From: an uncultured Methanoregulaceae archaeon
Lineage (GTDB): Archaea > Halobacteriota > Methanomicrobia > Methanomicrobiales > Methanospirillaceae
Assembly: GCA_963701095.1 (NCBI GenBank)
Contig: OY969564.1
Span: 1,088,001-1,152,000, forward strand
DNA length: 64,000 nucleotides
Direction: 5' to 3'
Shown here: positions 51,803-62,853 of the stretch, piece by piece
Position numbering within the stretch: position 1 is the stretch's first letter
How the letters are laid out: every line of letters begins with the position of its first letter
The notes under the pieces: generated by a model
Told to the model about the DNA's origin: nothing
The model's database searches: none
What the model saw: only the letters and a program-made list of their open reading frames with translations
Program-made: the position numbers and the translations under genes

Positions 51803-51970
51803 ACCGGAATTTTTTTATCGCTTTTCTGTTCCCTGCAGCAGATACCAAAGCTCATGAAGAATCATTGGGAATAATCTGGTACGTATAGCGCAATTATCGT
51901 TCTTGCCATTGTCTTTCTCCTCATCGCTGTCAGACAGTGGTTCAGGTTCCCGCTGCGGATATGGCAGATC

Positions 51971-53116
51971 ATGCTCGGAGGAGCGGTTGCAGTGCTTCTT
52001 TTTTTCCAGATCACCCCGGGAAATGCCCTTGCCGCGATCAATCCGGACGTAATGGTCTTTTTGTTCTGCATGTTTGTCATAGGAGAAGCACTCTGCCGGA
52101 GCGGATATCTCGATACCCTTACCAACGCCTTTTTCCGGTATGCTCATACGTCCCGCGAACTCGTCTTCTTCGTACTCTTCGGGTTTGGGGCGTTCTCGGC
52201 TCTTCTTATGAATGATACAGTTGCAATTATCGGCACGCCTCTCGTCCTGGGTATTGCCAGCAGGTCCCGCATCCCGGCAAAACTGATGCTTCTCTCCCTT
52301 GCGTTTGCGATTACCACCGGCAGTGTTGCAAGCCCTATAGGAAACCCCCAGAACCTGCTTATCGCTGTCAACAGCGGGATGCATACGCCATTTGTCACCT
52401 TTGCCGTATGGCTTCTCCTTCCGACACTTGCAAGCCTTTGTGCCGCATGGATTGTGCTCTCTCTGTACTTCCGGAAAGACTGGAAAACTGCATTTTCCTA
52501 CGAGCCTCCATCAGAAATCCCCCATGATCCTGCCCTTGTGCGAATCGTTCAGTGTTCGCTTGTGATCCTGATCGGGCTTACTATAGCCAATATCTCTATT
52601 TCATTTATCGCCGCTGCGATAGTCATTCCCCTGCCTCTTATCGGGTTAGCCGCCGCTCTTCCCGTTCTTGTCTTTTCGTCGCAGAGATTCGATGTCGTCA
52701 AATCCATTGACTGGACAACGCTCATCTTTTTTGCCGCGATGTTTGTCCTGATGGCTGCGGTCTGGGAGACCGGATTTTTCCAGTCTTTAGCCGGGATCGC
52801 CGGTGTATCATCAGTCCCTGCAATCCTTGCAACCAGCGTGATCATCAGCCAGTTCATCTCAAATGTTCCTTTCGTCGCACTGTTCCAGCCGCTGATCCTC
52901 CAGGCCGGTGGCGGTACCGCCCGGCTTATGGCTCTTGCCGCAGGAAGTACCATTGCCGGCAATCTCACGATACTGGGTGCAGCAAGTAACGTTATCATCA
53001 TCCAGCAGGCCGAAGCCCGGGGAGAGACCATCACCTTTACCGAATTTGCCAAGGTCGGCGTGCCGCTGACCTTAATCCAGATTGCAATGTATGCGATCTT
53101 TGTAACCCTGATCTAA
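51971..53116 (+). CDS. ArsB/NhaD (SLC13-like) anion permease
   Basis: LMNDT, GSVASPIGNPQN, IDWTTLIFF, ISNVP, STIAGNLTILGAASN. The open frame extends upstream to ~51875. Confidence 0.88.
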   Translation: MLGGAVAVLLFFQITPGNALAAINPDVMVFLFCMFVIGEALCRSGYLDTLTNAFFRYAHTSRELVFFVLFGFGAFSALLMNDTVAIIGTPLVLGIASRSRIPAKLMLLSLAFAITTGSVASPIGNPQNLLIAVNSGMHTPFVTFAVWLLLPTLASLCAAWIVLSLYFRKDWKTAFSYEPPSEIPHDPALVRIVQCSLVILIGLTIANISISFIAAAIVIPLPLIGLAAALPVLVFSSQRFDVVKSIDWTTLIFFAAMFVLMAAVWETGFFQSLAGIAGVSSVPAILATSVIISQFISNVPFVALFQPLILQAGGGTARLMALAAGSTIAGNLTILGAASNVIIIQQAEARGETITFTEFAKVGVPLTLIQIAMYAIFVTLI

Positions 53117-53185
53117 AATGCCCTCGCGAGATTAAAAAAAGAAATACTTCTCCAGACAGATTTACCGGTGTTCTCATAAAAAAGA

Positions 53186-53575
53186 TCACAATTTCTTTAC
53201 ATCTCCTTTCATGATGTATTTCACCAGCATGAATATCACCAGCGCAATGATAATGAAATTGATAAGGGCGTTTGCAAAGTCTCCAGGCATGAACTTGACA
53301 GGACCTACCTGAAATACCTGGGTCTGCCAGTCGCCGCCGGGGATGAGGACCCCGATAAAGGGCATGATTAAATCCTTGACCAGTGCAGTAACCAGGGTCG
53401 ATGCAGCTGAACCGATAACAAACGCAACGGCAAGACCGATAACCTGGTATTTCTTTAAAAAGTCCATGAATTCCGCACTGAACCCTTGTGCACTTTTTCT
53501 CAGGTCTATGATGCCAGCCTCTTTTTCTTTTTCCACAGTTTCCGTTTTTTCTGTTTCCGTTTTTTCCGTGTCCAT
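53186..53575 (-). CDS. mscL: Large-conductance mechanosensitive channel family protein
   Basis: EFMDFL..VIGLAVAFVIG..LVTALVKDLIMP..GDFANALINFIII. Confidence 0.88.
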   Translation of the reverse strand: MDTEKTETEKTETVEKEKEAGIIDLRKSAQGFSAEFMDFLKKYQVIGLAVAFVIGSAASTLVTALVKDLIMPFIGVLIPGGDWQTQVFQVGPVKFMPGDFANALINFIIIALVIFMLVKYIMKGDVKKL

Positions 53576-53709
53576 GATATATACCTCCAGAGAAATGGAA
53601 AATCCCTTATGTTCAATGATTTTTACCGGATATATATTATGATTTGGATGATTTCTGGGGATAAACGTGAAAAATGTGCCTGAAAATAGAAGAATCGTCT
53701 GAAAAAGTA

Positions 53710-54815
53710 TCAGAGCCTGACCAGTTCATAGTCACGGGTTCCTATACCAAGCTCTTCTGCATAGCGCAGCTGCCGGGACCCATCCGTGTTCGGCCGCATG
53801 CCGGTAAATTTATCCTCTCCCGGATGACGGTGCCGGCTCAGGAGCGATTCGGCGAATCCCTGCTGCTGGTTGACGAGGTCACAGGCAGCCGCATCGATAG
53901 CCACCGGGTCTTTTGAGGCAAGGATACCGATATCCGGGACGATCGAAGCATCACTCCAGGGGACACAGTCACAGTCCGGCGTGATACGGGTCAAAAAGCT
54001 TATGTACCGATCCGGCCGGCCTTTCCCTTAAGCGCCCCGTATGCATACTCTATCATCCTTTCCGTAAAAAGAGGGATCTCGGTTTCCCAGTCGATATCAA
54101 TCCCATGAGACTGACATACAGTCATGCATTCGAAACAGCCGATGCACAGGCTTTTATCAATCACCGATTTCTTCTCGACAATCGTGATCGCCGATTTCGG
54201 GCAGGCATCTGCACAGTTCCCGCATCCGGTACAGTTATCACGGATCGAAAACGGTTTTGCCTGGTGCTGTGCCCTTTTTCCCTGAGGGGGCGCACAGCCC
54301 ATCGCCACGTTCTTGAGAGCACCGCCAAAACCGGCTACTTCATGCCCCTTGAAATGGGTCATGACGATCATACTTTCCGCGGCCACAATGTCCCCGGCAA
54401 TTGCAACCGTCGCGAAATGTTTCTTGTTGATGACAACCGTCGAGATGTTCTTCCCGCACAACCCGTCAGCGATTATTACCGGCGCTCCAACTACGGCATA
54501 ATCAAACCCGTGGTGGACTGCGGTCGTTATGTGATCGACGGCGTTTGACCGGCTGCCCAGGTACAGTGTGTTGGTATCGGTCACAAAGGGAAGGGCCCCG
54601 GCTTCTTTTATTTTCTCCACAACCTGCCTGACATATACCGGGCTGATAAACGAGTCGTTTCCCTTTTCGCCGAAATGCAGCTTGATTGCTGTACGATCCC
54701 GAGCGTGAATACACGACGAAAAACCGGCAGCTTCAAAGAGTTTTCGTACTTTTGCCTCAGTACTTTCGTCTCCCGATCGTGCCCGGAGACTGGCAAACCA
54801 GACCGTACTTTTCAT
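53710..54815 (-). CDS. DUF362 Fe-S protein (frameshift at ~54005)
   Basis: IKLHFGE, THFKGH..GFGGALKN, 2x CxxCxxCxxxC, CDC..SKDPVAIDAA. Confidence 0.88.
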
Positions 54816-54875
54816 TTCCGGATCATCCCCGGAGGATTATAGTAACAACACCTATCTAAAGGTCGTGCCCGGTTT

Positions 54876-56246
54876 TTAGACAATAGTATCGAGATTGCGC
54901 TTCTTGAACCTGTCTTTATTATACCGTTTGAGGTCTTTAGCCCGATCGAAATACTGGCGCGACATATCGGACCGGCCCATCTCCTGGACGCAAATGCCAA
55001 GGTTGTTCCAGGCTTCTGCGTTGGCCGGGTTCCTTTCCAGCAGCTGGTTGTAGGTGTCCGCGGCGGCTGAAAGTATCCTCGCATCGTCCCGGAGAATACC
55101 CAGTTTCTGGAGCGTTGCTCCACAGGTAAAGAGGATTTCTTCTTCGGCTGGCGCTAGTTCGAGTGCCTTTGTTATGGATTCGAGCGCCTCTTCGTTTTTC
55201 TCAAGGGCCCGAAGACATACCCCCCGGTCATGCCATGCGTAAGCGTGTGAGGGTTCAATTTCAAGGGCTCGGTCAAACGCAGCGATCGCTTCCTCGTATT
55301 TTGCCTCCCGGTAGTAAAGCCGGAGGCCCTCCTGGTAGTTCGACTTGGATTTACCCATCAGCCGGTCAAACATTTTTCCCTGGCCTTGCGGCGCAGTGGT
55401 TTTTTCCGTCTTTTCTGCTGCAGACTCCTGGATCAGGAGATCGGTTCCGACCGTATGCGTGATATCGCGGATCCCCCCCAGCGTTCCAATAAATATCCCT
55501 TTTCCGTCATAGAGGAGAGTTGCCTTCATCCAGAGGATACGTTCGGCGCCATCTGTGCCCGGTGCTTTTGTCCATGCGATGATCTTCCCGTCTTCGTGCG
55601 CGATAATGGAATAGTTGTTTTTCTTGATAACCTCTGGATCTTCAAGAACCATATCCACGAGCAGCGGCACTTTACGGCCAAAAAAAGGCTCAGCATACGC
55701 GTGATCTTTCTTTCCGATCATATCCGCGGCTTCGATCCCGGAGAGGTTTACCATGCCATCGTTCCAGGCTATCACTTTTCCGTCCCGGTCAATGACAAAC
55801 GCCGGATCAGAAAAGAAATGCACAACATCGGTGAGAATCTTCTGGGCGGTTCCAATCCCCCGGCCAACCATTTTTCCTTCTACGGCTCGCCGGATCATGT
55901 GCACCATCTCCCGGAGCTGTGGCTGGATCTCCTCACCTTTCTTTAAGTAAAAGTTTGCACCGTTATTGAGTGCCTCAATGGCTGCATACTCCCTTCCCAC
56001 ACCGGTAAAAATAATTACCGGGGTCACATCCCCTTTTGACCTGAGAATCTTAAGAAATTCGATGCCGTTGATCTCCGGCATATCATAATCGACGATAATA
56101 GCATCAAATGTCTGGTCGTGCAAAAGGCCAAGGGATTCTTTAGCCGATCGGGAGACCTGGACTTTCATGTCGCCAAACCGTTCAAGAAACAGCCTGGTAA
56201 CATTGAGTACTTCTTCCTCATCATCTATGAGAAGGACTGAAAGCAT
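54876..56246 (-). CDS. Response regulator REC-PAS-TPR
   Basis: LIDDE..DYDMPEING, PAS (VIAWN), C-terminal TPRs. Confidence 0.88.
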   Translation of the reverse strand: MLSVLLIDDEEEVLNVTRLFLERFGDMKVQVSRSAKESLGLLHDQTFDAIIVDYDMPEINGIEFLKILRSKGDVTPVIIFTGVGREYAAIEALNNGANFYLKKGEEIQPQLREMVHMIRRAVEGKMVGRGIGTAQKILTDVVHFFSDPAFVIDRDGKVIAWNDGMVNLSGIEAADMIGKKDHAYAEPFFGRKVPLLVDMVLEDPEVIKKNNYSIIAHEDGKIIAWTKAPGTDGAERILWMKATLLYDGKGIFIGTLGGIRDITHTVGTDLLIQESAAEKTEKTTAPQGQGKMFDRLMGKSKSNYQEGLRLYYREAKYEEAIAAFDRALEIEPSHAYAWHDRGVCLRALEKNEEALESITKALELAPAEEEILFTCGATLQKLGILRDDARILSAAADTYNQLLERNPANAEAWNNLGICVQEMGRSDMSRQYFDRAKDLKRYNKDRFKKRNLDTIV

Positions 56247-56300
56247 TTTTTACCGTTACTTCGTTCTTATGACCGCAAAAGATAAAAAAGAATGGATCAC

Positions 56301-56789
56301 TTATTTTCTTTTTCCGAGTTCATGGTCGAGACAGAAAAGGTGCCCGGGTACATCTCCCACGACTTTTATCTTTTCAATAATCTGGAAAGCGTTTGCCTCT
56401 TCCTCGACCTGTTCTTTGACAAACCACTGGAGCATCTCGAAGGTCGCATGGTCTTTTTCCTTAACTGCAAGATCAACGAGCGCGTGTATCATGCCGGTCA
56501 CTTTCTGCTCGTGTGCGTACACTTCGTCAAACACTTTCCCGCATGACGCCCATTTTGCCTTTGGGGCTTCTATGGCATCGAGAACAACTTTTCCCTGTCG
56601 TGCCAGGATATATTCATAGATCTTCATGGCATGAGCCCGTTCCTCGTTTGACTGGACCATCATCCATGCGGCAGACCCCTTGAAGTTGATCGACTCAAAC
56701 CAGGCAGACATTGCCAGATAAAGATACGAAGAATAAAGTTCACGGTTAACCTGGCGGTTCAGTGCTTCTTCCATAGATTTTGATAACAT
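56301..56789 (-). CDS. ftnA: Non-heme ferritin
   Basis: ELYSSYLYL, EERAHA, HEQKVT, WFVKEQVEEE. Confidence 0.93.
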   Translation of the reverse strand: MLSKSMEEALNRQVNRELYSSYLYLAMSAWFESINFKGSAAWMMVQSNEERAHAMKIYEYILARQGKVVLDAIEAPKAKWASCGKVFDEVYAHEQKVTGMIHALVDLAVKEKDHATFEMLQWFVKEQVEEEANAFQIIEKIKVVGDVPGHLFCLDHELGKRK

Positions 56790-56977
56790 CCGAAATCCTC
56801 CTCTTTGGGGTGTAGTTGGCTTCTTTTTTTATAAGTGTTTCTTTTGTGACAACCAACCGGCGGCAAAACGGGCAGGATTCCGGCTTTTCTCCCGTATATC
56901 TCATAATTGACAGTATTGTTTTTACCAGATCAAAAAAGAGATGATAACAAGTGAAATACCCTTGTGCTGCCCGGTGC

Positions 56978-57436
56978 TTATTTCCGGACACGGTTTTTTT
57001 CTTCTTTTATATCGAGGATAATTTCCAGTTCAAGGGATTTTGCATAGGCGATTTCCGCTTCCTCGCTTTTCCCGGTCTCTTCAAGGCAAATTCCTTTGAC
57101 ATACCATGCTGTCGCATCGTTTGCGTTGAGCGCGGCCGCCCGGGTTGCCGCAGCAAGTGCCGGCACATACTGCTCGAGCTGGTACAGGGCAAGTCCTTTC
57201 TTCGACCAGGCATCCGCGTAATTGGGGTTAAGTAAAAGCGCCTGATCGCAATCAGCAACGGCTTCGGAAAACCGTTCCATCTCTATCTTCGCTGCTGCTC
57301 GTTGGCACCAGCCTTCAGCATTTTTTGGTTCGAGCCGGATTGCCTCATCATACAGGACAAGGGCCTCACGGTACTTCGTCTGCCGGACATACTGTTCTGC
57401 CCGTTTCAGGAGACGGGGCACTTCACTCACGGGCAC
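56978..57436 (-). CDS. TPR protein
   Basis: Four consecutive TPR motifs. Confidence 0.85.
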   Translation of the reverse strand: MPVSEVPRLLKRAEQYVRQTKYREALVLYDEAIRLEPKNAEGWCQRAAAKIEMERFSEAVADCDQALLLNPNYADAWSKKGLALYQLEQYVPALAAATRAAALNANDATAWYVKGICLEETGKSEEAEIAYAKSLELEIILDIKEEKNRVRK

Positions 57437-57486
57437 GACACATCACCTTTCAAGGCATTCATTTTTTGGTTTTTTACGCATGTTCT

Positions 57487-58490
57487 TCATACCAACGAAT
57501 CTTCAATCAGGTCGCCAAAGATCTTTTTTAATGCTGCTTTCTCATACGTGGCTGCCTGCTGCTCTGCTGTAAGCAGGTGTTGGGGTTTCTCCCAGATAAA
57601 CCAGTCCTTCATCGTCATATAAGAAAGAAGGGCGTTTGTCAGGTTAACCCCGACATCGTAGAGGCTTGCATAATAATCAAGCGACATGTCAGCCCCCCAG
57701 TCCACAGCCAGGTGTTTTTCCATGATGGTGAGCATAGCGTCGCCAAACACTTTTGACTGGTACCACGCCGTGTGTGTCCAGCGGGTCGTGAGCATTTCTT
57801 TTACTTCGAGATGGTCAAATTTTTTCATCTGGGGGATGTTAACCACCGGCATGAGTTTGTCGGATGGGAGCGTTTTTGCAAGATACAGGTCCCGTGCATA
57901 GAACATGGATTTGTCCAGGACAAAATACCGCCGGGGGACGATTTCCATCATGTCCGTCATCTCATCCATATCCTGTTTGCCGTCTTTTAACAGGATATAG
58001 AGTGGGTTTTTCTCAGCTGTTCCATGCGGGTATAGATCCGGGCATTGACAATGGGGTTCCAGGGAAGTTCGTTGATATCTTCATGGAACTGGCTGTACAA
58101 CATGAAAAGCATCTCGATGAGTTTTTTGACCGGGAGTTTTTTTTCCTTTTTTGCCTCATCCTTAAGAGCATCGAGATAGATCTGGCGCAACCCGTTGTAA
58201 ACAGTATCCGGGGTATACGATAGCACCCGGTATCTGGATTTTTTGGCGGCAGAACCCCGGATAAGCAGGTGGGTGCACTGTTTTGCGATAACAAAATCCT
58301 TTAACAGGCCGATATAGTTTGCAGGAAAGATGATAATGTTCTTGTCGACGTTATATGTGTATACGTCAATGAGCGTTCCCCCCGGGGCGGCTTCCGGTTT
58401 ACGTAAAAGGGTAATCTCAGTATCTAAAAGCCGCTCGGTATCGCTGATGACCTTTCGTATTGGTTTGGTCAGGGGCATGTTGGTCTTCAT
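57487..58490 (-). CDS. Hypothetical protein (one gene split by a frameshift at ~58003)
   Basis: One inserted base gives ..QLRKT(Q)LYILLKDGKQDMDEMTD.., joining 57987-58490 to 57487-57969. Confidence 0.6.
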
Positions 58491-58636
58491 TGCCCTTCAC
58501 CCGGCCTTTCCGGCACTTCACCGCAGCGCTTCATGCACTCCCATACTAATGACGAATACAGGTTTTAACGCTAAAAAGGGAAAAACGTTAGGATTGGATA
58601 CGTGGTTTTAAAGACCGGTGAATTATTTACCGCTTT

Positions 58637-59239
58637 TCAGGTCTTTTTCCGTGGCCGGGCAAGAGTATGGAAAAAACCGGTCACCGGGTTCCGTTTTCTT
58701 GGCCGGAATACTCCCTGGTTTACATATCTTACGTCTTCGATGGAGAAGAACGCATCCGGGTTTGTTTCTTCGATATACCGGGTGATCCGCGGCACATCCT
58801 CACGGTTCACAAGAGAGATAATCATCATGACACCGCCCCGTGCTCCCTGCGCATCGAGAACGGTCGTCCCGTATTGTTCGGCCTGTAAAAACCCGGCGAT
58901 CCCGGCACTGGTTTCATTAGTCGTGATGATACGCATGATAACCATGCCAATGGAGAGTCTTTCTTCGATCTCCAAGCCGACAAACGTCCCCAGAGCAAAA
59001 CCGAATGCATAGGCAAAGAAATTCCCGACATTGGAAAGATTGCTTATCACGCCGACAATAGCAAGCAGCCAGATGATAATCTCAAAAAAAGCGATAATTG
59101 CTGCAAGATACTTGATTCCCTTAGAGAGAAAGACGATACGGAGCGTCTCCATGCAGACGTTTGCGATCTGCGCAATAAAGATAAGGGCCGGCAGGATGAC
59201 CCAGTTATAGAATTCAGGACTGATGATAAAAAACGCCAT
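58637..59239 (-). CDS. DUF2179/UPF0316-type membrane protein
   Basis: TLRI..FFEIIIW..AYAFGFALGTFVG..EERLSIG; C-terminal PII-like region ..PDAFFSIEDVR. Confidence 0.85.
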   Translation of the reverse strand: MAFFIISPEFYNWVILPALIFIAQIANVCMETLRIVFLSKGIKYLAAIIAFFEIIIWLLAIVGVISNLSNVGNFFAYAFGFALGTFVGLEIEERLSIGMVIMRIITTNETSAGIAGFLQAEQYGTTVLDAQGARGGVMMIISLVNREDVPRITRYIEETNPDAFFSIEDVRYVNQGVFRPRKRNPVTGFFHTLARPRKKT

Positions 59240-59382
59240 GCATGCGCCTCAGGCTTTTCGTATTCTCCTGTATCACATTCTAGTTGACAGGTAAACACGT
59301 TGCCGCGGGTTGTATATCAAGGTTATTGGAAAACGCTTGAAAAGACAAAAAAGGGGAATTGTTCGGATGACTGAATCCGGTT

Positions 59383-59526
59383 TCAAGCAGCATATTTTTC
59401 CGGATCGGCATCAAATTTTTTCTTGCAGCCCGGAGCACAGAAATAGTATTTCTTTCCTTTGTACTCGCTCGTAAACTTCGCTGTCTTTTCATCGACGGTC
59501 ATCCCGCAGATCGGATCAATGGCCAT
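59383..59526 (-). CDS. YHS/TRASH metal-binding protein
   Basis: DPICGMTV..YKGKKYYFCAPGCKKKFDADPEKY. Confidence 0.9.
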   Translation of the reverse strand: MAIDPICGMTVDEKTAKFTSEYKGKKYYFCAPGCKKKFDADPEKYAA

Positions 59527-59531
59527 GTGTT

Positions 59532-61972
59532 TCAACTCCCCTGATTTCCCTTCTTTGCTTCCGGTATATATCCTTTCAGAAGCAGCGAAAGCGTTACAAC
59601 TGTAACCGAACTTGCAGCCATTGCGAGGGCGGCAGCTCAGGCCGGAACATGAAGCCAAAGAGGGGGTAGAGAATACCGGCGCCAACCGGGATAAGGGCGG
59701 CGTTATAGGCAAAGGCCCAGAAAATGTTTCCCCGGATCCTTCCCATCACTTTTTGTGAGAGTTCTATGGCCGCGACTGCGTCGACTAAGTCGTCCCTGAC
59801 AAGAACGATATCACCACTTTCGATCGCTATATCAGTCCCGCTCCCAATGGCGATCCCGACATCGGCCTGGGCAAGCGCAGGGGCGTCGTTTATCCCGTCC
59901 CCGATAAATGCCACTACCTCCCCTTTCTCCTGCAGAGCTTTTACTTCTGCAACCTTCTGGTCAGGGAGGACTTCGGCAACTACCTGGTCAATACCAAGGG
60001 TCCGTGCGATGGCTTCAGCAGTCCGCCGGTTGTCGCCGGTTACCATGACCGCACGAATCCCGTGTGACCGGAAACGACGGACAGCGTCTGCACTGGTTTC
60101 TTTTAACGTGTCCGCAATTGCAATAAGCCCGGCAAGGGTTCCACCAGCAGCGACCAGAACGACTGTTTTTCCGTCCTGTTCATAGTTACTAATCCGTGCA
60201 TCAAGTTCTGGCGGAACTGTGACGGCATGATCCTGCAGATACAGCCGGTTTCCCACTGTCACTTGTTCGCCGAGTACCTCAGCGACAACTCCTTTTCCCC
60301 CCACAGTAACGAACTTCTCCGCAGTTTCGGGAACGATTCCCCTTTTTTGTGCGGCCCGTAATATAGCCTTTGCATAGGGATGAGCTGAATTTTTCTCGAC
60401 GGCTGCGGCAAGGCTGATGAGTGTTTCTTCCGTAACATCGACAGCCACAAGATCGGTTACTTCCGGCTGGCCTTTCGTCAGTGTGCCGGTTTTGTCGAAG
60501 ATTACCGTTGTTACTTTCGCTGCACTTTCCAAAGCCTCCCCGTTCCGTATCAGGATCCCCAGTTCAGCTCCCCTGCCGACACCTACGGTTACAGCCGTTG
60601 GTGTAGCCAGGCCAAGTGCACACGGGCAGGCAACCACCAGTACTGATATAAGTGCCGTAAGTGCAAGGATCAGCGTCGCACCGAGCACATAGTACCATAC
60701 AATAAAAGCCGACGCGGCGATCACCAGAACCGCCGGGATAAAGTACATGACCGCAACGTCGGCGATACGTTGTACGGGTGGTTTTGACCCCTGCGCTGCT
60801 TCGACAAGCCGGACAATCTGGGCGAGCACCGTGTCGCTGCCGATCCTTGTTGCTTTTACCCGGAGGACACCATTGGTGCTGATCGTGCCGCCAATAACCC
60901 GGCTCCCTTTCTCCCTGAGCGGGGGGACTGGTTCCCCGGTTATCATTGCCTCGTCCACATAACTCTCGCCGGATACGACTTCTCCATCGACCGGGATCCT
61001 GTTCCCGGGCTTGACGACAACGAGATCCCCGACAACAAGATCATTAACCGACACTTCGACTTCTTTTCCGCCCCTGATCATCGTCGCGGTTTTTGCCTGG
61101 AGGCCGGCCAGTTTCCTGATCGCATCTGAGGTTCTCCCCTTGGCCCTTGCTTCGAGATACCGGCCAAGCATTAAAAACGCCGCAAGCATGATCGCAGTAT
61201 CGTAGAACATATACGCGTTGGTGAGAACAATCGAGAATGTTCCCATCACGCTTGCAACAAAAGCGACACCGGTACCCATGGCGTACATGACATCCATCGA
61301 GAGGATCCGGTTTTTGAGCGACACCCATGCTGCCCTGAAGATAGGGGAGGCGACGTAGACAAAGACCGGCGTTGAAACGACCAGCATGGCATACGCCATC
61401 AGCTGCATTGGTATCCCGAGCGGCACCCACATCAGGACCATAAGGGGAATGGCCACGGCAAACCCGACAGAGAACCGCATCAGTTTGTCGTGAAGGTCGG
61501 CCTCACGCACGGCTTTTTCTGCCTCGTCACTGAGTTCGCCGGAAAGTCCCAGGTACTGGTACCCGGCGTCCTCGATCGCCTGCTTCATGTCTCTAACCCC
61601 GGATAACGAAGGATTATAGGATACGTACGCCTGTTCGTTTCCGAGGTTGACGCTCACAGAAACAATCCCGGGAAGTGCCCGGAGTGCTGCTTCGATGGTC
61701 TCTACACAGGTAGCACACATCATTCCGCCGATCCGGATAATAACCTCCCGGTTGGTCACGTCGTACCCTGCTGCCCGGACAGCCTTTTCGAGGTCGCCAA
61801 GAGAGACTTTTGCGGGATCGAACTCAACCCGGGCCGTATCGTTTGCAAAATTCACTTCCGCTCCTGAGACGTTTTTTACCTGTGCGAGGGCTTCCTTGAT
61901 GGTAACCGCACAGGTCGCACAGTGCATCCCGGTTATCTTGAGTTCGGCGTTCTTCTTTTCTGGTTCCGGCAA
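59532..61972 (-). CDS. copA: Cu(I)-translocating P1B-type ATPase (frameshift at ~59635)
   Basis: Two GMxCATC HMA domains, TGE, CPCALGL, DKTGT, GDGINDAP, YN..IP; AMAASS in the shifted frame; TTG start after AGGAGG. Confidence 0.93.
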
Positions 61973-62125
61973 ACGTATCCTCCTTTTTAAAAACGGCGTT
62001 TTCCTGTCCTTTGCATCTTTCTCTGGGAAATAATAACGGTTATGGAACAGGTACCTTGGTACGAGTGGAATATTTATTGCGCTCAAATGCTACATGCGAA
62101 GACGGGAAGGAGAAAAGGCGTTTAT

Positions 62126-62350
62126 ATGAAGGTGACTATCGACCGAAAACAATGTGTCAGTTGTGGTTCGTGCTGGGATTCCTGCCCGGAGCTCTTTGTC
62201 CAGAATGAAAAAGATTCATTCAGCCAGATTGTCCCCGAATACCAGGAAAATGGGGATCCGGCAAAAAGTACAGAAATCCCTGACACCACCAGCTGCGCCC
62301 GCGATGCCGCCGATCTCTGCCCGGCTACAATTATCACCATTGTTGAGTGA
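62126..62350 (+). CDS. Monocluster ferredoxin
   Basis: MKVTIDRKQCVSCGSCWDSCPELF..AADLCPATII. Confidence 0.88.
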   Translation: MKVTIDRKQCVSCGSCWDSCPELFVQNEKDSFSQIVPEYQENGDPAKSTEIPDTTSCARDAADLCPATIITIVE

Positions 62351-62359
62351 CCTGACGGT

Positions 62360-62695
62360 CTATTCGCGGATCATCGTTAAGATCATCCGGAATCGTTCCC
62401 GGGCAAAAACCGCGTGAGGTTTGTTTGCCGGCAGGATGATCATGTCCCCGGTCCGGACTGTATAGGGCGTTCCTGCTATCTGTACCTCTGCAGTACCGTC
62501 GGTCACCATAAGCACCGCATCGAACGGTGCAGTATGTTCCGAAAGCCCTTCTCCGGCATCAAAGGAAAAGAGGGTGATCGTACCGGCTTTTTTAAACACA
62601 ATCATCCGGCTTGCAACCGTGCCGGGCTGGTACGCGACAAGGTCATTGACGACAAGAACTTTCTCTTTGAGATCTTCCCGTGCGTTTTCGGTCAT
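62360..62695 (-). CDS. Cupin domain protein
   Basis: TLFSFDAGEGLSEHTAP..G..IILPANKPHAV. Confidence 0.88.
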   Translation of the reverse strand: MTENAREDLKEKVLVVNDLVAYQPGTVASRMIVFKKAGTITLFSFDAGEGLSEHTAPFDAVLMVTDGTAEVQIAGTPYTVRTGDMIILPANKPHAVFARERFRMILTMIRE

Positions 62696-62853
62696 GACAG
62701 GTTCCCTGCACATACTTATTTCTGTGTGCCTTGATATCAGCGCCGTTCCTGCATAAGAACTTCCCTGCTGGCTCGATTTTTTTCGGCAATCCGGGTTGTA
62801 GCAGATTATTTAGGAACAGGAAGGCAATCAGCTGGTGAAGATGAGATGATAGA

